Positions 17,752-25,948 of a DNA stretch of 29,726 bases are shown here, piece by piece (the first letter of the stretch is position 1; each line of letters starts with the position of its first letter). Position numbers and translations under genes: made by a program. The stretch comes from Gemmatimonadales bacterium. Its GTDB lineage: Bacteria > Gemmatimonadota > Gemmatimonadetes > Gemmatimonadales > GWC2-71-9. The notes beneath the pieces are model-generated. The model was given only the letters and a program-made list of their open reading frames with translations, was not told where the DNA came from and made no database searches. Location of the stretch: positions 1 to 29,726 of the forward strand of contig JBDIWC010000046.1 in NCBI GenBank assembly GCA_039794085.1, in the 5' to 3' direction.

Positions 17752-18420
17752 ATGATCGCAGCCGACGCTCGCATGCGGTTCACGCAGGAGGACCTGGAGC
17801 TGGTGCGTTCCGCCCTGGCCCACGTCGAGGGATCCGACCTCACCCGGGCCGACCGGACCCTGTCACGGAGCGGCATGGACGAGGTGCTGGACTGGGCCCC
17901 CGTGGTCGATGCCCTCCTCGCGAGCCCGATGCCCGGGCCCTCCGTGTCCCTCCTGTTCTACGCCCTGGTGCGCCAGGCCCTCCTGGCCGAGGGCGTCTCG
18001 GAGCGACGGATGGCCGACTACTGCGCGGCCCTTCTCCGCGAATTCGGAGAGCGCCGGCGTGCCTTCCGCATCGCGTCGGTGGATGATCGGGAACATTACT
18101 TCATGGTGGATCTCCTGGCCGACCTCGCCTCCGCCGACCCCGCTCGCCAGTACCGGCTGCTGGTGCATCTGGGCAACCACACACTCTGGCTGGGCGGCTT
18201 CTTCCCCGACCGGATCGAGGCCCAACGAATGCGGCGCGGGGCACCCGATCTCTCCTATTACGAAGCGCTCGGGCATCGCGGATACGCTGCGGCGTCGGAC
18301 CATGCCCTTGCCGAACGGGCGGGACTCACCGACGTCTACCGCATCGCCGCCGACCGGTTCCCCGCGTTGCGCGCCGCCCTGACCTCGGTGAGGAACCGCC
18401 TGGCCCTGCGGGCCGCCTGA
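17752..18420 (+). CDS. Hypothetical protein (likely alpha-helical)
   Basis: RBS GGAGG then ATG 17752 (MIAADARMRFT); strong GC3 codon bias; 'HLGNHTLWLGGFFPD', 'YYEALGHRGY'. Confidence 0.75.
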   Translation: MIAADARMRFTQEDLELVRSALAHVEGSDLTRADRTLSRSGMDEVLDWAPVVDALLASPMPGPSVSLLFYALVRQALLAEGVSERRMADYCAALLREFGERRRAFRIASVDDREHYFMVDLLADLASADPARQYRLLVHLGNHTLWLGGFFPDRIEAQRMRRGAPDLSYYEALGHRGYAAASDHALAERAGLTDVYRIAADRFPALRAALTSVRNRLALRAA

Positions 18421-18475
18421 CCCGGTTTCGGTCCCGGGCTGGAGAGTTCCGGCCCGGACCCGTACCTTCCACCAC

Positions 18476-19252
18476 ATGACGACACCCACCCGGCGGTGCG
18501 CCCTGGTCTGCGGGGCCAGTGGGGGAATCGGGAGAGCGACGGCCGAGTTGCTCGCCTCGCGTGGAGACCGCGTCCTCGTGCTGGCGCGACGGGAGGATCG
18601 GCTCAAGGCCGTGGTGGCACGCCTCGCGGGATCGGGCCATGCGGCGGTGGTGGCCGACCTGAGCCACCCAGGACAGCTCGCCGAGATCGCTGCGACACTC
18701 CTCGCAACCCACGGACCGATTCACGTCCTGGTCAACAACGCCGGAGGACCCCCCGGTGGCCCCCTGCTCGACGCCTCGACCGGCGCCCTCGGCGACGCGT
18801 TCGCGGTGCATGTCCAGAGCCCCCACGTTCTGGTCCAGGCCCTCGTGCCGGGCATGAAGGAGGCGGGTTGGGGTCGGATCGTGAACGTGATCTCCACCTC
18901 GGTCAAACAGCCGATCCCCGGACTCGGCGTGTCGAACACGGTCCGCGCCGCCACCGCGAACTGGGCCAAGACCCTGGCCGGAGAACTCGCCCCGCATGGC
19001 ATCACGGTGAACAACGTGCTTCCCGGCGCCACCTTCACGGCACGACTCGAAGCGATTGCCGAGTCGCGCGCAACGCAATCAGGGAGACCGGTGGAGGCGG
19101 TGCTGGACGACATGCGCACCGTGATTCCCGCAGGACGCTTCGCCCGGCCACAGGAGATCGCCCGGGCGATCGCCTTTCTCGCCTCGGACGATGCCGCCTA
19201 CATCACCGGTGTCAATGTGCCCGTTGATGGCGGCCGGACGGGATCGCTCTGA
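18476..19252 (+). CDS. SDR-family oxidoreductase
   Basis: 'GASGGIG', 'LVNNAGGPPGG', 'GRIVNVIS', atypical 'SNTVR' in place of YxxxK, 'ITGVNVPVDGG'. Confidence 0.9.
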   Translation: MTTPTRRCALVCGASGGIGRATAELLASRGDRVLVLARREDRLKAVVARLAGSGHAAVVADLSHPGQLAEIAATLLATHGPIHVLVNNAGGPPGGPLLDASTGALGDAFAVHVQSPHVLVQALVPGMKEAGWGRIVNVISTSVKQPIPGLGVSNTVRAATANWAKTLAGELAPHGITVNNVLPGATFTARLEAIAESRATQSGRPVEAVLDDMRTVIPAGRFARPQEIARAIAFLASDDAAYITGVNVPVDGGRTGSL

Positions 19253-19253
19253 C

Positions 19254-20705
19254 ATGACGACATTCCAGAACTTCATCGGAGGACGGTTCGTTCCGGCCCA
19301 GAGCGGCAGAACACTGCCCTTGATCGAACCGGCCACCGGATCCCCCTGGGCCACCCTCCCCGACAGCGCCACCCCCGATGTGGACTCGGCGGTCCGCGCG
19401 GCGACCGAGGCCTTTCCCTTCTGGTCCCGGCTCCCGGCGGCGGAACGATCCCGGATCCTCCTCGCCATCGCCGACGGGATCGACTCCCGAGCCGACGAGC
19501 TGGCACGGGTCGAATCGACCGATACCGGAAAGCCGATGGCCCTGGCGCGGCGACTCGACATCCCGCGCGCCGCCGCCAATTTCCGGTTCTTTGCCACCGC
19601 AATTCTCCACACCCGCTCCGAGGCGTGGCCCACCGATGCCCGGGCGCTCAACGTGGCGCTCCGGACTCCACGAGGTGTGGCCGCTCTGATTGCGCCCTGG
19701 AACCTCCCGCTTTATCTGATGACGTGGAAGGTGGCGCCCGCATTGGCCACGGGAAACACGGCGGTGGCCAAGCCATCCGAACTGGCGGGGGCCACGGCCA
19801 CGTTGCTCGCGGAGATCGCCGCGGAAGCGGGCCTTCCCCCCGGTGTCCTCAACGTGGTGCACGGACGAGGACGGGAGGTGGGGGCACCCCTCGTGTCCCA
19901 TCCGGATGTGGCCTGCATCTCCTTCACCGGGGGCACCGCGACCGGAGCCTCGATCGCGCGCGCGGTGGCGGACACCTTCCGTCCCCTCACCCTCGAACTC
20001 GGCGGCAAGAACCCCACCGTCATCTTCGCCGACGCCGATTTCGATCGCATGGTGGACGGGGCCGTGGCCTCCGCCTTCACCAACCAGGGGGAGATCTGCC
20101 TCTGCGGGTCGCGGATCCTGGTGGAACGTGCCGTGATGGATTACTTCCTCGACGCATTTGTCTCGCGGGTCACGTCTCTCCAGCTCGGCGATCCGCTCGA
20201 GGCCGAGACCGACCAGGGAGCCCTCATCTCGGCGGCCCACCGTGATGCGGTGCTCGACCACATCACACGCGCACAGGCCGATGGGGCCACCGTGCATTGT
20301 GGGGGGACAACGCCGACTCCCGCGACACTACCGGCTCGCTGCCGGGACGGCTTCTTCGTCCTCCCCACAGTGCTTTCCGGGCTGGACATGACCTGCCGCA
20401 CCAATCAGGAGGAGATCTTCGGTCCCGTGGTCACGGTCACTCCGTTTGATACCGACGACGAGGCGATCGCCCTGGCCAACACCAGCCGCTACGGACTGGC
20501 GGCGTCGGTCTGGACCTCCGACCTTTCCCGGGCCCATCGAGTGAGCCAGGCGATCCGGTGCGGGACCGTCTGGGTCAATTGCTGGCTTCTGCGGGATCTG
20601 CGGGTGCCGTTCGGTGGCGTTGGCCAGAGCGGTCTCGGGCGCGAGGGAGGCACCGAGGCCCTGCACTTCTTCACCGAGCAGCGGACGATCTGCTTCGGGT
20701 CGTGA
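19254..20705 (+). CDS. Aldehyde dehydrogenase, probable 2-aminomuconate semialdehyde dehydrogenase
   Basis: 'PWNLPLYL', 'AKPSE', 'FTGGT', 'LELGGKNP', 'NQGEICLCGSR', 'EEIFGPV'; kynurenine-pathway context; start 19254. Confidence 0.88.
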   Translation: MTTFQNFIGGRFVPAQSGRTLPLIEPATGSPWATLPDSATPDVDSAVRAATEAFPFWSRLPAAERSRILLAIADGIDSRADELARVESTDTGKPMALARRLDIPRAAANFRFFATAILHTRSEAWPTDARALNVALRTPRGVAALIAPWNLPLYLMTWKVAPALATGNTAVAKPSELAGATATLLAEIAAEAGLPPGVLNVVHGRGREVGAPLVSHPDVACISFTGGTATGASIARAVADTFRPLTLELGGKNPTVIFADADFDRMVDGAVASAFTNQGEICLCGSRILVERAVMDYFLDAFVSRVTSLQLGDPLEAETDQGALISAAHRDAVLDHITRAQADGATVHCGGTTPTPATLPARCRDGFFVLPTVLSGLDMTCRTNQEEIFGPVVTVTPFDTDDEAIALANTSRYGLAASVWTSDLSRAHRVSQAIRCGTVWVNCWLLRDLRVPFGGVGQSGLGREGGTEALHFFTEQRTICFGS

Positions 20706-20730
20706 TCCGCGGGCCCTCTTGGGAGACATC

Positions 20731-21156
20731 ATGACTGACAAGACACAACAGTTCGTGAGCGGCAGGGCACCGGAGCCGGTGGGAGCGTTTCCCCATGCCC
20801 GGCGGGCCGGGTCCCTCCTCTTCTGCTCGGGGATCGGACCCCGGAGCCGGGGACAGCACGTCATCCGCGGCGTCACACTCGACAACGCGGGCCAGGTCGT
20901 GGACTACGACTTCGAGGTCCAGGGGCGCACCGTGCTGGAAAATGTGAGACGGGTGGTGGAGGATGCCGGGTCGAGCTGGGACCGGATCGTCGACGTGACC
21001 GCCTTCCTCACCGACATGGCGCGGGACTTCCCCGTCTGGAACCGGCTCTGGGCGGAGTACTTCCCGGAGCAGCCGCCGACCCGAACCACGGTCGAGGTGT
21101 CCCGGCTGCCGACGCCGATCGCCATCGAGCTCAAGGTGATCGCGACCCTCCCATGA
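20731..21156 (+). CDS. RidA-family protein, probable 2-aminomuconate deaminase
   Basis: 'APEPVGAFPHARRAG', 'SGIGPR', 'PTRTTVEV..LPTPIAIELKVIA'; context; start 20731. Confidence 0.85.
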   Translation: MTDKTQQFVSGRAPEPVGAFPHARRAGSLLFCSGIGPRSRGQHVIRGVTLDNAGQVVDYDFEVQGRTVLENVRRVVEDAGSSWDRIVDVTAFLTDMARDFPVWNRLWAEYFPEQPPTRTTVEVSRLPTPIAIELKVIATLP

Positions 21157-21770
21157 CCCTCCACGACATCACGCCCCTCATCACCAGCGCCCTCGCGGTC
21201 TGGCCGGGAGACACCCCGCCCACCCGGGAGGTGCTCCTCGACCTGGCCCGGGGTGACACCGTCACCCTCTCGACCATGCACGCCACGGTTCATTTGGGCG
21301 CCCATGCCGATGCGCCGAGCCACTACGTGGCACGGGGAGACGACATCGCGTCGCGGTCACTGGAGCCCTATCTCGGGCCCTGTGAGGTGATTCACGCGCC
21401 GGTCGCGCGCGGCACGCGGGTCGGAGTGAGGGACCTCCCCTCACGCGTCTCTGCGCCGCGCGTGTTGCTCGCCACGGGTACCTTCCCCGATCCGAACCAG
21501 TTCACCGAGGACTTCGCCGCGATCGAGCCGGATGCGATCGATCATCTGGCGGGCCAGGGGGTGATTTTGGTTGGAATCGACACGCCGAGCGTGGACCTCT
21601 TTGCGTCGAAGGACCTCCCCGCGCATGCCGCCTGTGCCCGGCGGGATCTCGCGATCCTGGAGGGAGTGGTGTTGGGTGCGGTCCCGCCGGGGGTGTACGA
21701 GCTGATCGCGCTGCCGCTCAGGCTGGCGGGATTCGATGCGAGTCCGGTGAGGGTCGTGCTGAGGCGGTAG
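21153..21770 (+). CDS. kynB: Kynurenine formamidase (cyclase family)
   Basis: 'VWPGD', 'HLGAHADAPSH', 'GIDTPSVD', 'ILEG', 'DASPVR'; ATGA overlap with the RidA gene. Confidence 0.9.
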   Translation: MTLHDITPLITSALAVWPGDTPPTREVLLDLARGDTVTLSTMHATVHLGAHADAPSHYVARGDDIASRSLEPYLGPCEVIHAPVARGTRVGVRDLPSRVSAPRVLLATGTFPDPNQFTEDFAAIEPDAIDHLAGQGVILVGIDTPSVDLFASKDLPAHAACARRDLAILEGVVLGAVPPGVYELIALPLRLAGFDASPVRVVLRR

Positions 21771-21838
21771 GCGATAGGCGGTAGGCGATAGGCGGTAGGC
21801 GATAGGCGGTAGGCGATAGGCGGTAGGCGGTAGGCGGT
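21762..21838. repeat. Heptamer tandem repeat AGGCG(G/A)T x11
   Basis: Read directly; contains the kynB TAG stop. Confidence 0.97.
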
Positions 21839-21860
21839 AGGGGCGGCCCGTGGGCCGCCC
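21837..21860 (+). repeat. GTAG-type REP palindrome
   Basis: GTAG-GGGCGGCCC-GT-GGGCCGCCC. Confidence 0.7.
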
Positions 21861-21889
21861 TGGAATGGGCGGCACGGACGCGCTCGGAG

Positions 21890-21968
21890 CGTCACCCCGG
21901 CGAACGCCGGGGTCCATCTTCCTGGATGTCCGGAATGGCACTGGATTCCGCCGTGCGACGGAATGACG
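21890..21968. repeat. CGTC-type REP doublet
   Basis: CGTCACCCCGGCGAACGCCGGGGTCCA ... TGGATTCCGCCGTGCGACGGAATGACG, in inverted arrangement. Confidence 0.7.
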
Positions 21969-22000
21969 TCCTACGTCCTATGTCCTACGTTCCATGTCCT
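21968..22000. repeat. Heptamer repeat GTCCTA(C/T)
   Basis: About 4.5 imperfect units; same family as 23792-23848. Confidence 0.85.
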
Positions 22001-22097
22001 GGCTCCCTACAAGACCCCGGCCTATCAGAAACGGCAAGCGGCTGACGACGATCTTCTCTCGTGCACTTGCGGACAGGATCCTCGCTCTTCTTCCCGG

Positions 22098-23299
22098 CTA
22101 TCGTGAACTCTTCCTGTACTGGGTGAGGAAGCGGATACCCGTGTCCGCGTCTTCATGAAGCGCGACGAATTCCCCCGGCAGGGTGAAGGCGGCCGGGAAG
22201 GCCGGTAACGTGTCCCAGGCCGAGTGTTTGGTGCGAAGTGACACGCGGATCACCTCAACACCCTCCCCTTCCTCCCAATCCCCTTTCTCGGGCCAGAGCC
22301 AGAGCACCCCGTCAGGGTCGACGATGGCGGCACGCCATCGTTTGAGTGCCGAGGGGGCGACGTTGTTCACACGGATGTTCAGGCCCCCGGCCCTGGTGAG
22401 TTGCTGCCGCTCCCGGATCTGCTCCGGTGAAGGAGGGGTGGGGGAACGAACCTCGAAAGCTGGCAGGAGGACGGAATCCCGCACCCCGGTGACCAGGTGT
22501 CGCAGATGCCCTGTGAGGCTCGCACCGTCGTTGGTGAGCAAGCAATCACCCCACACCAGCACCCGCGACCTGGCCTGCCCGGATGGGGAAACCATCCGTC
22601 CGCCCTCTTGAGGGGGAGGCGGGCCGATCACGCTGTCGATCGCCACGAGCGAATCCGGGCCCGACCCGAAACACCATCGCCCCTGAGAACCCTGTCCACG
22701 GGAGCGGGAAGCCCGCCACGAGCAGGATCTTCCCATCCGCGACCCATATTCCGCTCACCGAGAGGATCAACCTCGGTAAGGTGAGCCTGCCCGTCCTGAG
22801 GGTGTACGATCGTCGGTGGTCCCCACCCCAGGAGAACTGCTCTACTCGTCCGCCTGAAACCGTCACAATCTCCGAGTCGGAGGCGGCAACCCACGATTCC
22901 TGGGCAATGTTCAATCGGAGAGGTATCACGGGCGTCGAACTCGCCCGGTCCTCGACCGGACCGGCCGAAACGGCGGGTCTCCCGCAGATCGGAGTCGAAG
23001 GTGATCACCGACGGGAGCCCCAAGTCGAACAGGGCCGAGCGGCCATTGGCGGTCGCGGCCACACCGACCGGGTGGACCAACTCCTCCCCCACCTGCTGCC
23101 CGAACGTCCGGGCCGCATGATACCCGGACACACCGGAAGCCCACCTATCCGATTCGGCCGGGCCAGCACAGCCTGTCGCCATGGAGAGACCGGCCTCACC
23201 CGACGTCAACCGGGGGGACGAGCCTGCCGTGCATGAGGCAAGCAGGGTGAGCAACAGTGCCAGCCCAGGCGCCCGGCCTGATTCGGAGAAGTCGGTCAT
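22098..23299 (-). pseudogene. Frameshifted beta-propeller-like lipoprotein gene (two apparent frameshifts, or sequencing errors)
   Basis: Lipobox LLASC and 'FGRSGRGPGEF' in ORF 22628..23299; plausible continuation in 22546..22929, then in 22098..22736 ('IVDPDGVLWLWP'). Shifts near ~22930 and ~22665. Confidence 0.6.
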
Positions 23300-23338
23300 C
23301 AGCCCCCCTCCCGTAGTCAGCGTATAGGGAGTCTCTGC

Positions 23339-23364
23339 TTATAGACTCTGATTATAGACTCTGA
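23339..23364. repeat. 13-bp perfect tandem duplication TTATAGACTCTGA x2
   Basis: Read directly. Confidence 0.9.
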
Positions 23365-23649
23365 TCAATTGACGAGCGAACCACAGCCTGCTGTCCAGGT
23401 ACCTGCTCCCCACTTCCGTCGACCTGACCCCCAGGAGACGCTGGATCGGTTCCCTCTGCCACGGAACTACATCCTGTCAATCCTGTTCATCCTGTCAGGA
23501 AATACACGCTCATCAGGGATCGCATCGCCTTCCCCCCCCGTGCGCGTCGGATTGGGATCCCGTCGTGGGCTCCAGGCACCGTTGCGCCCCTGCGTCCTGG
23601 CGCCCTTGCGTTAAGGCAGTTCCATAAACATCAAGGCCCGGACGACGGG

Positions 23650-23684
23650 TTGTAGGGGCCGTTCGCGAACAGCCCGTTCTACAA
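23650..23684. repeat. GTAG-type REP-like palindrome
   Basis: TTGTAG-GGGCCGTTCGCGAACAGCCC-GTT-CTACAA. Confidence 0.65.
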
Positions 23685-23760
23685 GGGAACCTCCTCCGAT
23701 CCATCGCTTCTCTCGGGATGACGATTAATCAGAGATCCCATAAATAATGTCCCAACACCT

Positions 23761-23848
23761 GGGTGTTGGGTATCGGGTGTTGGGTTCTGCTGTCCTACGT
23801 CCTACGTCCTACGTCCTATGTCCTACGTCCTGCGTCCCTCGTCCCTAC
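23761..23848. repeat. Heptamer repeats GGGT(G/A)T(T/C) x3 and GTCCTAC-type x8
   Basis: Read directly; the last degenerate unit contains the kynA stop (23845-23847). Confidence 0.9.
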
Positions 23849-24627
23849 ATCCGGTGCCGCACCGCCCAGAGATCGGGGAAGAGCGGCCGGAAGAGGCCCC
23901 GTTTCAGGAACTCCACGCCCTCGGATCCACCCGTCCCCTGCTTGGCTCCGATGGTTCGTTCCACCAGCTTCACATGGCGATACCGCCACTCCTGGAACCC
24001 TTCGTCAAAATCGAGCATCAATTCGCAGAGGAGCACCAGGTCGGGCTGGGTGGTGTAGGCCTCGAACAACTGTTCCTGCAGCGCCTCGGACCCCTCCACC
24101 GGCTGCCGGACATCCCGGCCGAGCAGGACCTGGGGGACGTCGAGACCCCGGGCCAGGAGGAACTGGTAGAAGTGATCCACCAGCGTCGCCTCCTCGAAGC
24201 GGCGCACCACCCGGTCCACCGCCGGGTCCCCCTCACCGGGGGGCACGAACTCCGGCCGTTTCCACCCGCAGAGGAACTCCAGTTCCCGGAACTGGGTGGA
24301 CTGGAATCCCGACGCGGTGTCGAGCCGATGCCGGAAGGAGGCGAAGGAGAGCGGGGTCATCGTTTCCAGGATGTCGAGCTGGCCCACCAGGGTCTTCATG
24401 ATGGTGCGCATCCGTTTCAACGTTGCGATCGCGCCGTACAGATCGCCCGCCTGCAGGTCGCGGCCGAGCTTGTCTCCCTCGTGGAGAATCTGCTTGAACC
24501 AGAGTTCGTAGACCTGGTGGATGACGATGAAGAGCATCTCGTCGTGTTCCGCCGGGTCCGATCGCGGCACCTGGAGCGCGAGCAGTTCGGGCAGATGGAG
24601 GTAACGTGGATAGGTCAGTGGCGGCAT
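23845..24627 (-). CDS. kynA: Tryptophan 2,3-dioxygenase
   Basis: 'YLHLPELLALQ', 'HDEMLFIVIHQVYELWFK', 'ASGFQSTQFR', 'WRYRHVKLVERTIG..GTGGSEG'. Confidence 0.96.
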   Translation of the reverse strand: MPPLTYPRYLHLPELLALQVPRSDPAEHDEMLFIVIHQVYELWFKQILHEGDKLGRDLQAGDLYGAIATLKRMRTIMKTLVGQLDILETMTPLSFASFRHRLDTASGFQSTQFRELEFLCGWKRPEFVPPGEGDPAVDRVVRRFEEATLVDHFYQFLLARGLDVPQVLLGRDVRQPVEGSEALQEQLFEAYTTQPDLVLLCELMLDFDEGFQEWRYRHVKLVERTIGAKQGTGGSEGVEFLKRGLFRPLFPDLWAVRHRM

Positions 24628-24649
24628 GGCAACCTCATCGAGAGAACCC

Positions 24650-25948
24650 TCACCCCACCACCCAGGCCAGGAGAAGCAACACGAGGAGCACGGCGATTCC
24701 CGTCACCGTCCGCCACTGTCGCCGAGCCCGCTGCCGCGCCTCGGCGTAGGGAATCCGGGTGAACGACACCATGGTGTAGAGCGGGAGAAAGGCCCGGGGA
24801 AAGAGGCGGTGCAGCAGGCGCTCCAGCCCCTTCCGGGCCCGGAAGAGGGGTGACGCCACCCGGTCCCGCATCTCCAGAAAGTTCTCGATGGCGAGCTCCG
24901 CGAGGGCATCGGTGTGCACCCGTCGCGCGCGCTCGAATTCCTGAAAGGCGGCGGCATGGTCCGCAGGGAAGCGCCGCAGCGCATCCGCCAGAACCAGACA
25001 GTCCTCGAACGCGGCATTGGCGCCCTGGCCATAGAAGGGGACCACGGCGTGACACGCGTCTCCCACCAGCACCACCCGGTCCCCCACCGACCAGGGATCG
25101 GCCCGCACGGTGACCAGGGACCCGGTGGGGTGACTGACCCACTGGCGGGCCAGGTCGGGAATCAGCGGAACCACATCGGGAAACTCCCGGCGGAAGAAGG
25201 TCATCGCGTCGTCGCCCGTATGCAGCGAGGCGAAGCTGTCCAGGCTCCGGAAGGGGAGATAGAGGGTGACGGTGAAGGAGCCATCGCGGTTGGACATGGC
25301 CATGAGCATGAAGCCGCCGCGCGGCCAGATGTGCATCACGTCCGGTGCCAGCCGGTGGAGTCCCTCCGGGCCCGGGGCGATCCGCAGCTCCTTGTAGCCG
25401 TGGGTGAGGTACTGCTGCGACAGGTTGAACCGGTCGAGGCGCTGCATCTGGGCCCGCACAGCGGAAAAGGCGCCATCCGCCCCGATCAGCAGATCACCGG
25501 TCAGGGGCGGGAACTCATCGCCCTCGACGGTCCCGGTGGCGAGGTCGATCCTGGTGCAGCGCACGCCGAAGCGGATCTCGACTCCGGCGTCCTCCGCGGC
25601 CTGGAGCAGCATCAGGCTGAGATCGGTGCGGGTCACCGACCGGATCCCCTGCCCCGCCTTGCCGTACGGCTGGTAGGCGGTGGCCGCGTCCTGCGCATGG
25701 ACCTGCCGGCCATGGAGCAGGGTGGAGATCGCCTCGATCGGTTCCCGCAGTCCCACGGCTTCCAGGGCGGCGAGCCCCCGCGCCGAAAGCGCCAGATTGA
25801 TGGATCGCCCCACCTCGGCCCCCTCGGTGCGCGGATCGTGGCGCCGTTCGAGGAGGGTCACCCGCCATCCGTCCCGGGCCAGCAGGGTGGCCATCAGGGT
25901 GCCGGCGAGGCCCGCGCCCACCACGGTCGCGCGTCCGGCGTCCGTCAT
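24650..25948 (-). CDS. kmo: Kynurenine 3-monooxygenase
   Basis: 'VVGAGLAG', 'GRSINLALSARG', 'ADGAFSAVR', 'HIWPRG', 'GDACHAVVPFYGQGANAAFED', 'PLYTMVSF'; start 25948. Confidence 0.94.
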   Translation of the reverse strand: MTDAGRATVVGAGLAGTLMATLLARDGWRVTLLERRHDPRTEGAEVGRSINLALSARGLAALEAVGLREPIEAISTLLHGRQVHAQDAATAYQPYGKAGQGIRSVTRTDLSLMLLQAAEDAGVEIRFGVRCTRIDLATGTVEGDEFPPLTGDLLIGADGAFSAVRAQMQRLDRFNLSQQYLTHGYKELRIAPGPEGLHRLAPDVMHIWPRGGFMLMAMSNRDGSFTVTLYLPFRSLDSFASLHTGDDAMTFFRREFPDVVPLIPDLARQWVSHPTGSLVTVRADPWSVGDRVVLVGDACHAVVPFYGQGANAAFEDCLVLADALRRFPADHAAAFQEFERARRVHTDALAELAIENFLEMRDRVASPLFRARKGLERLLHRLFPRAFLPLYTMVSFTRIPYAEARQRARRQWRTVTGIAVLLVLLLLAWVVG

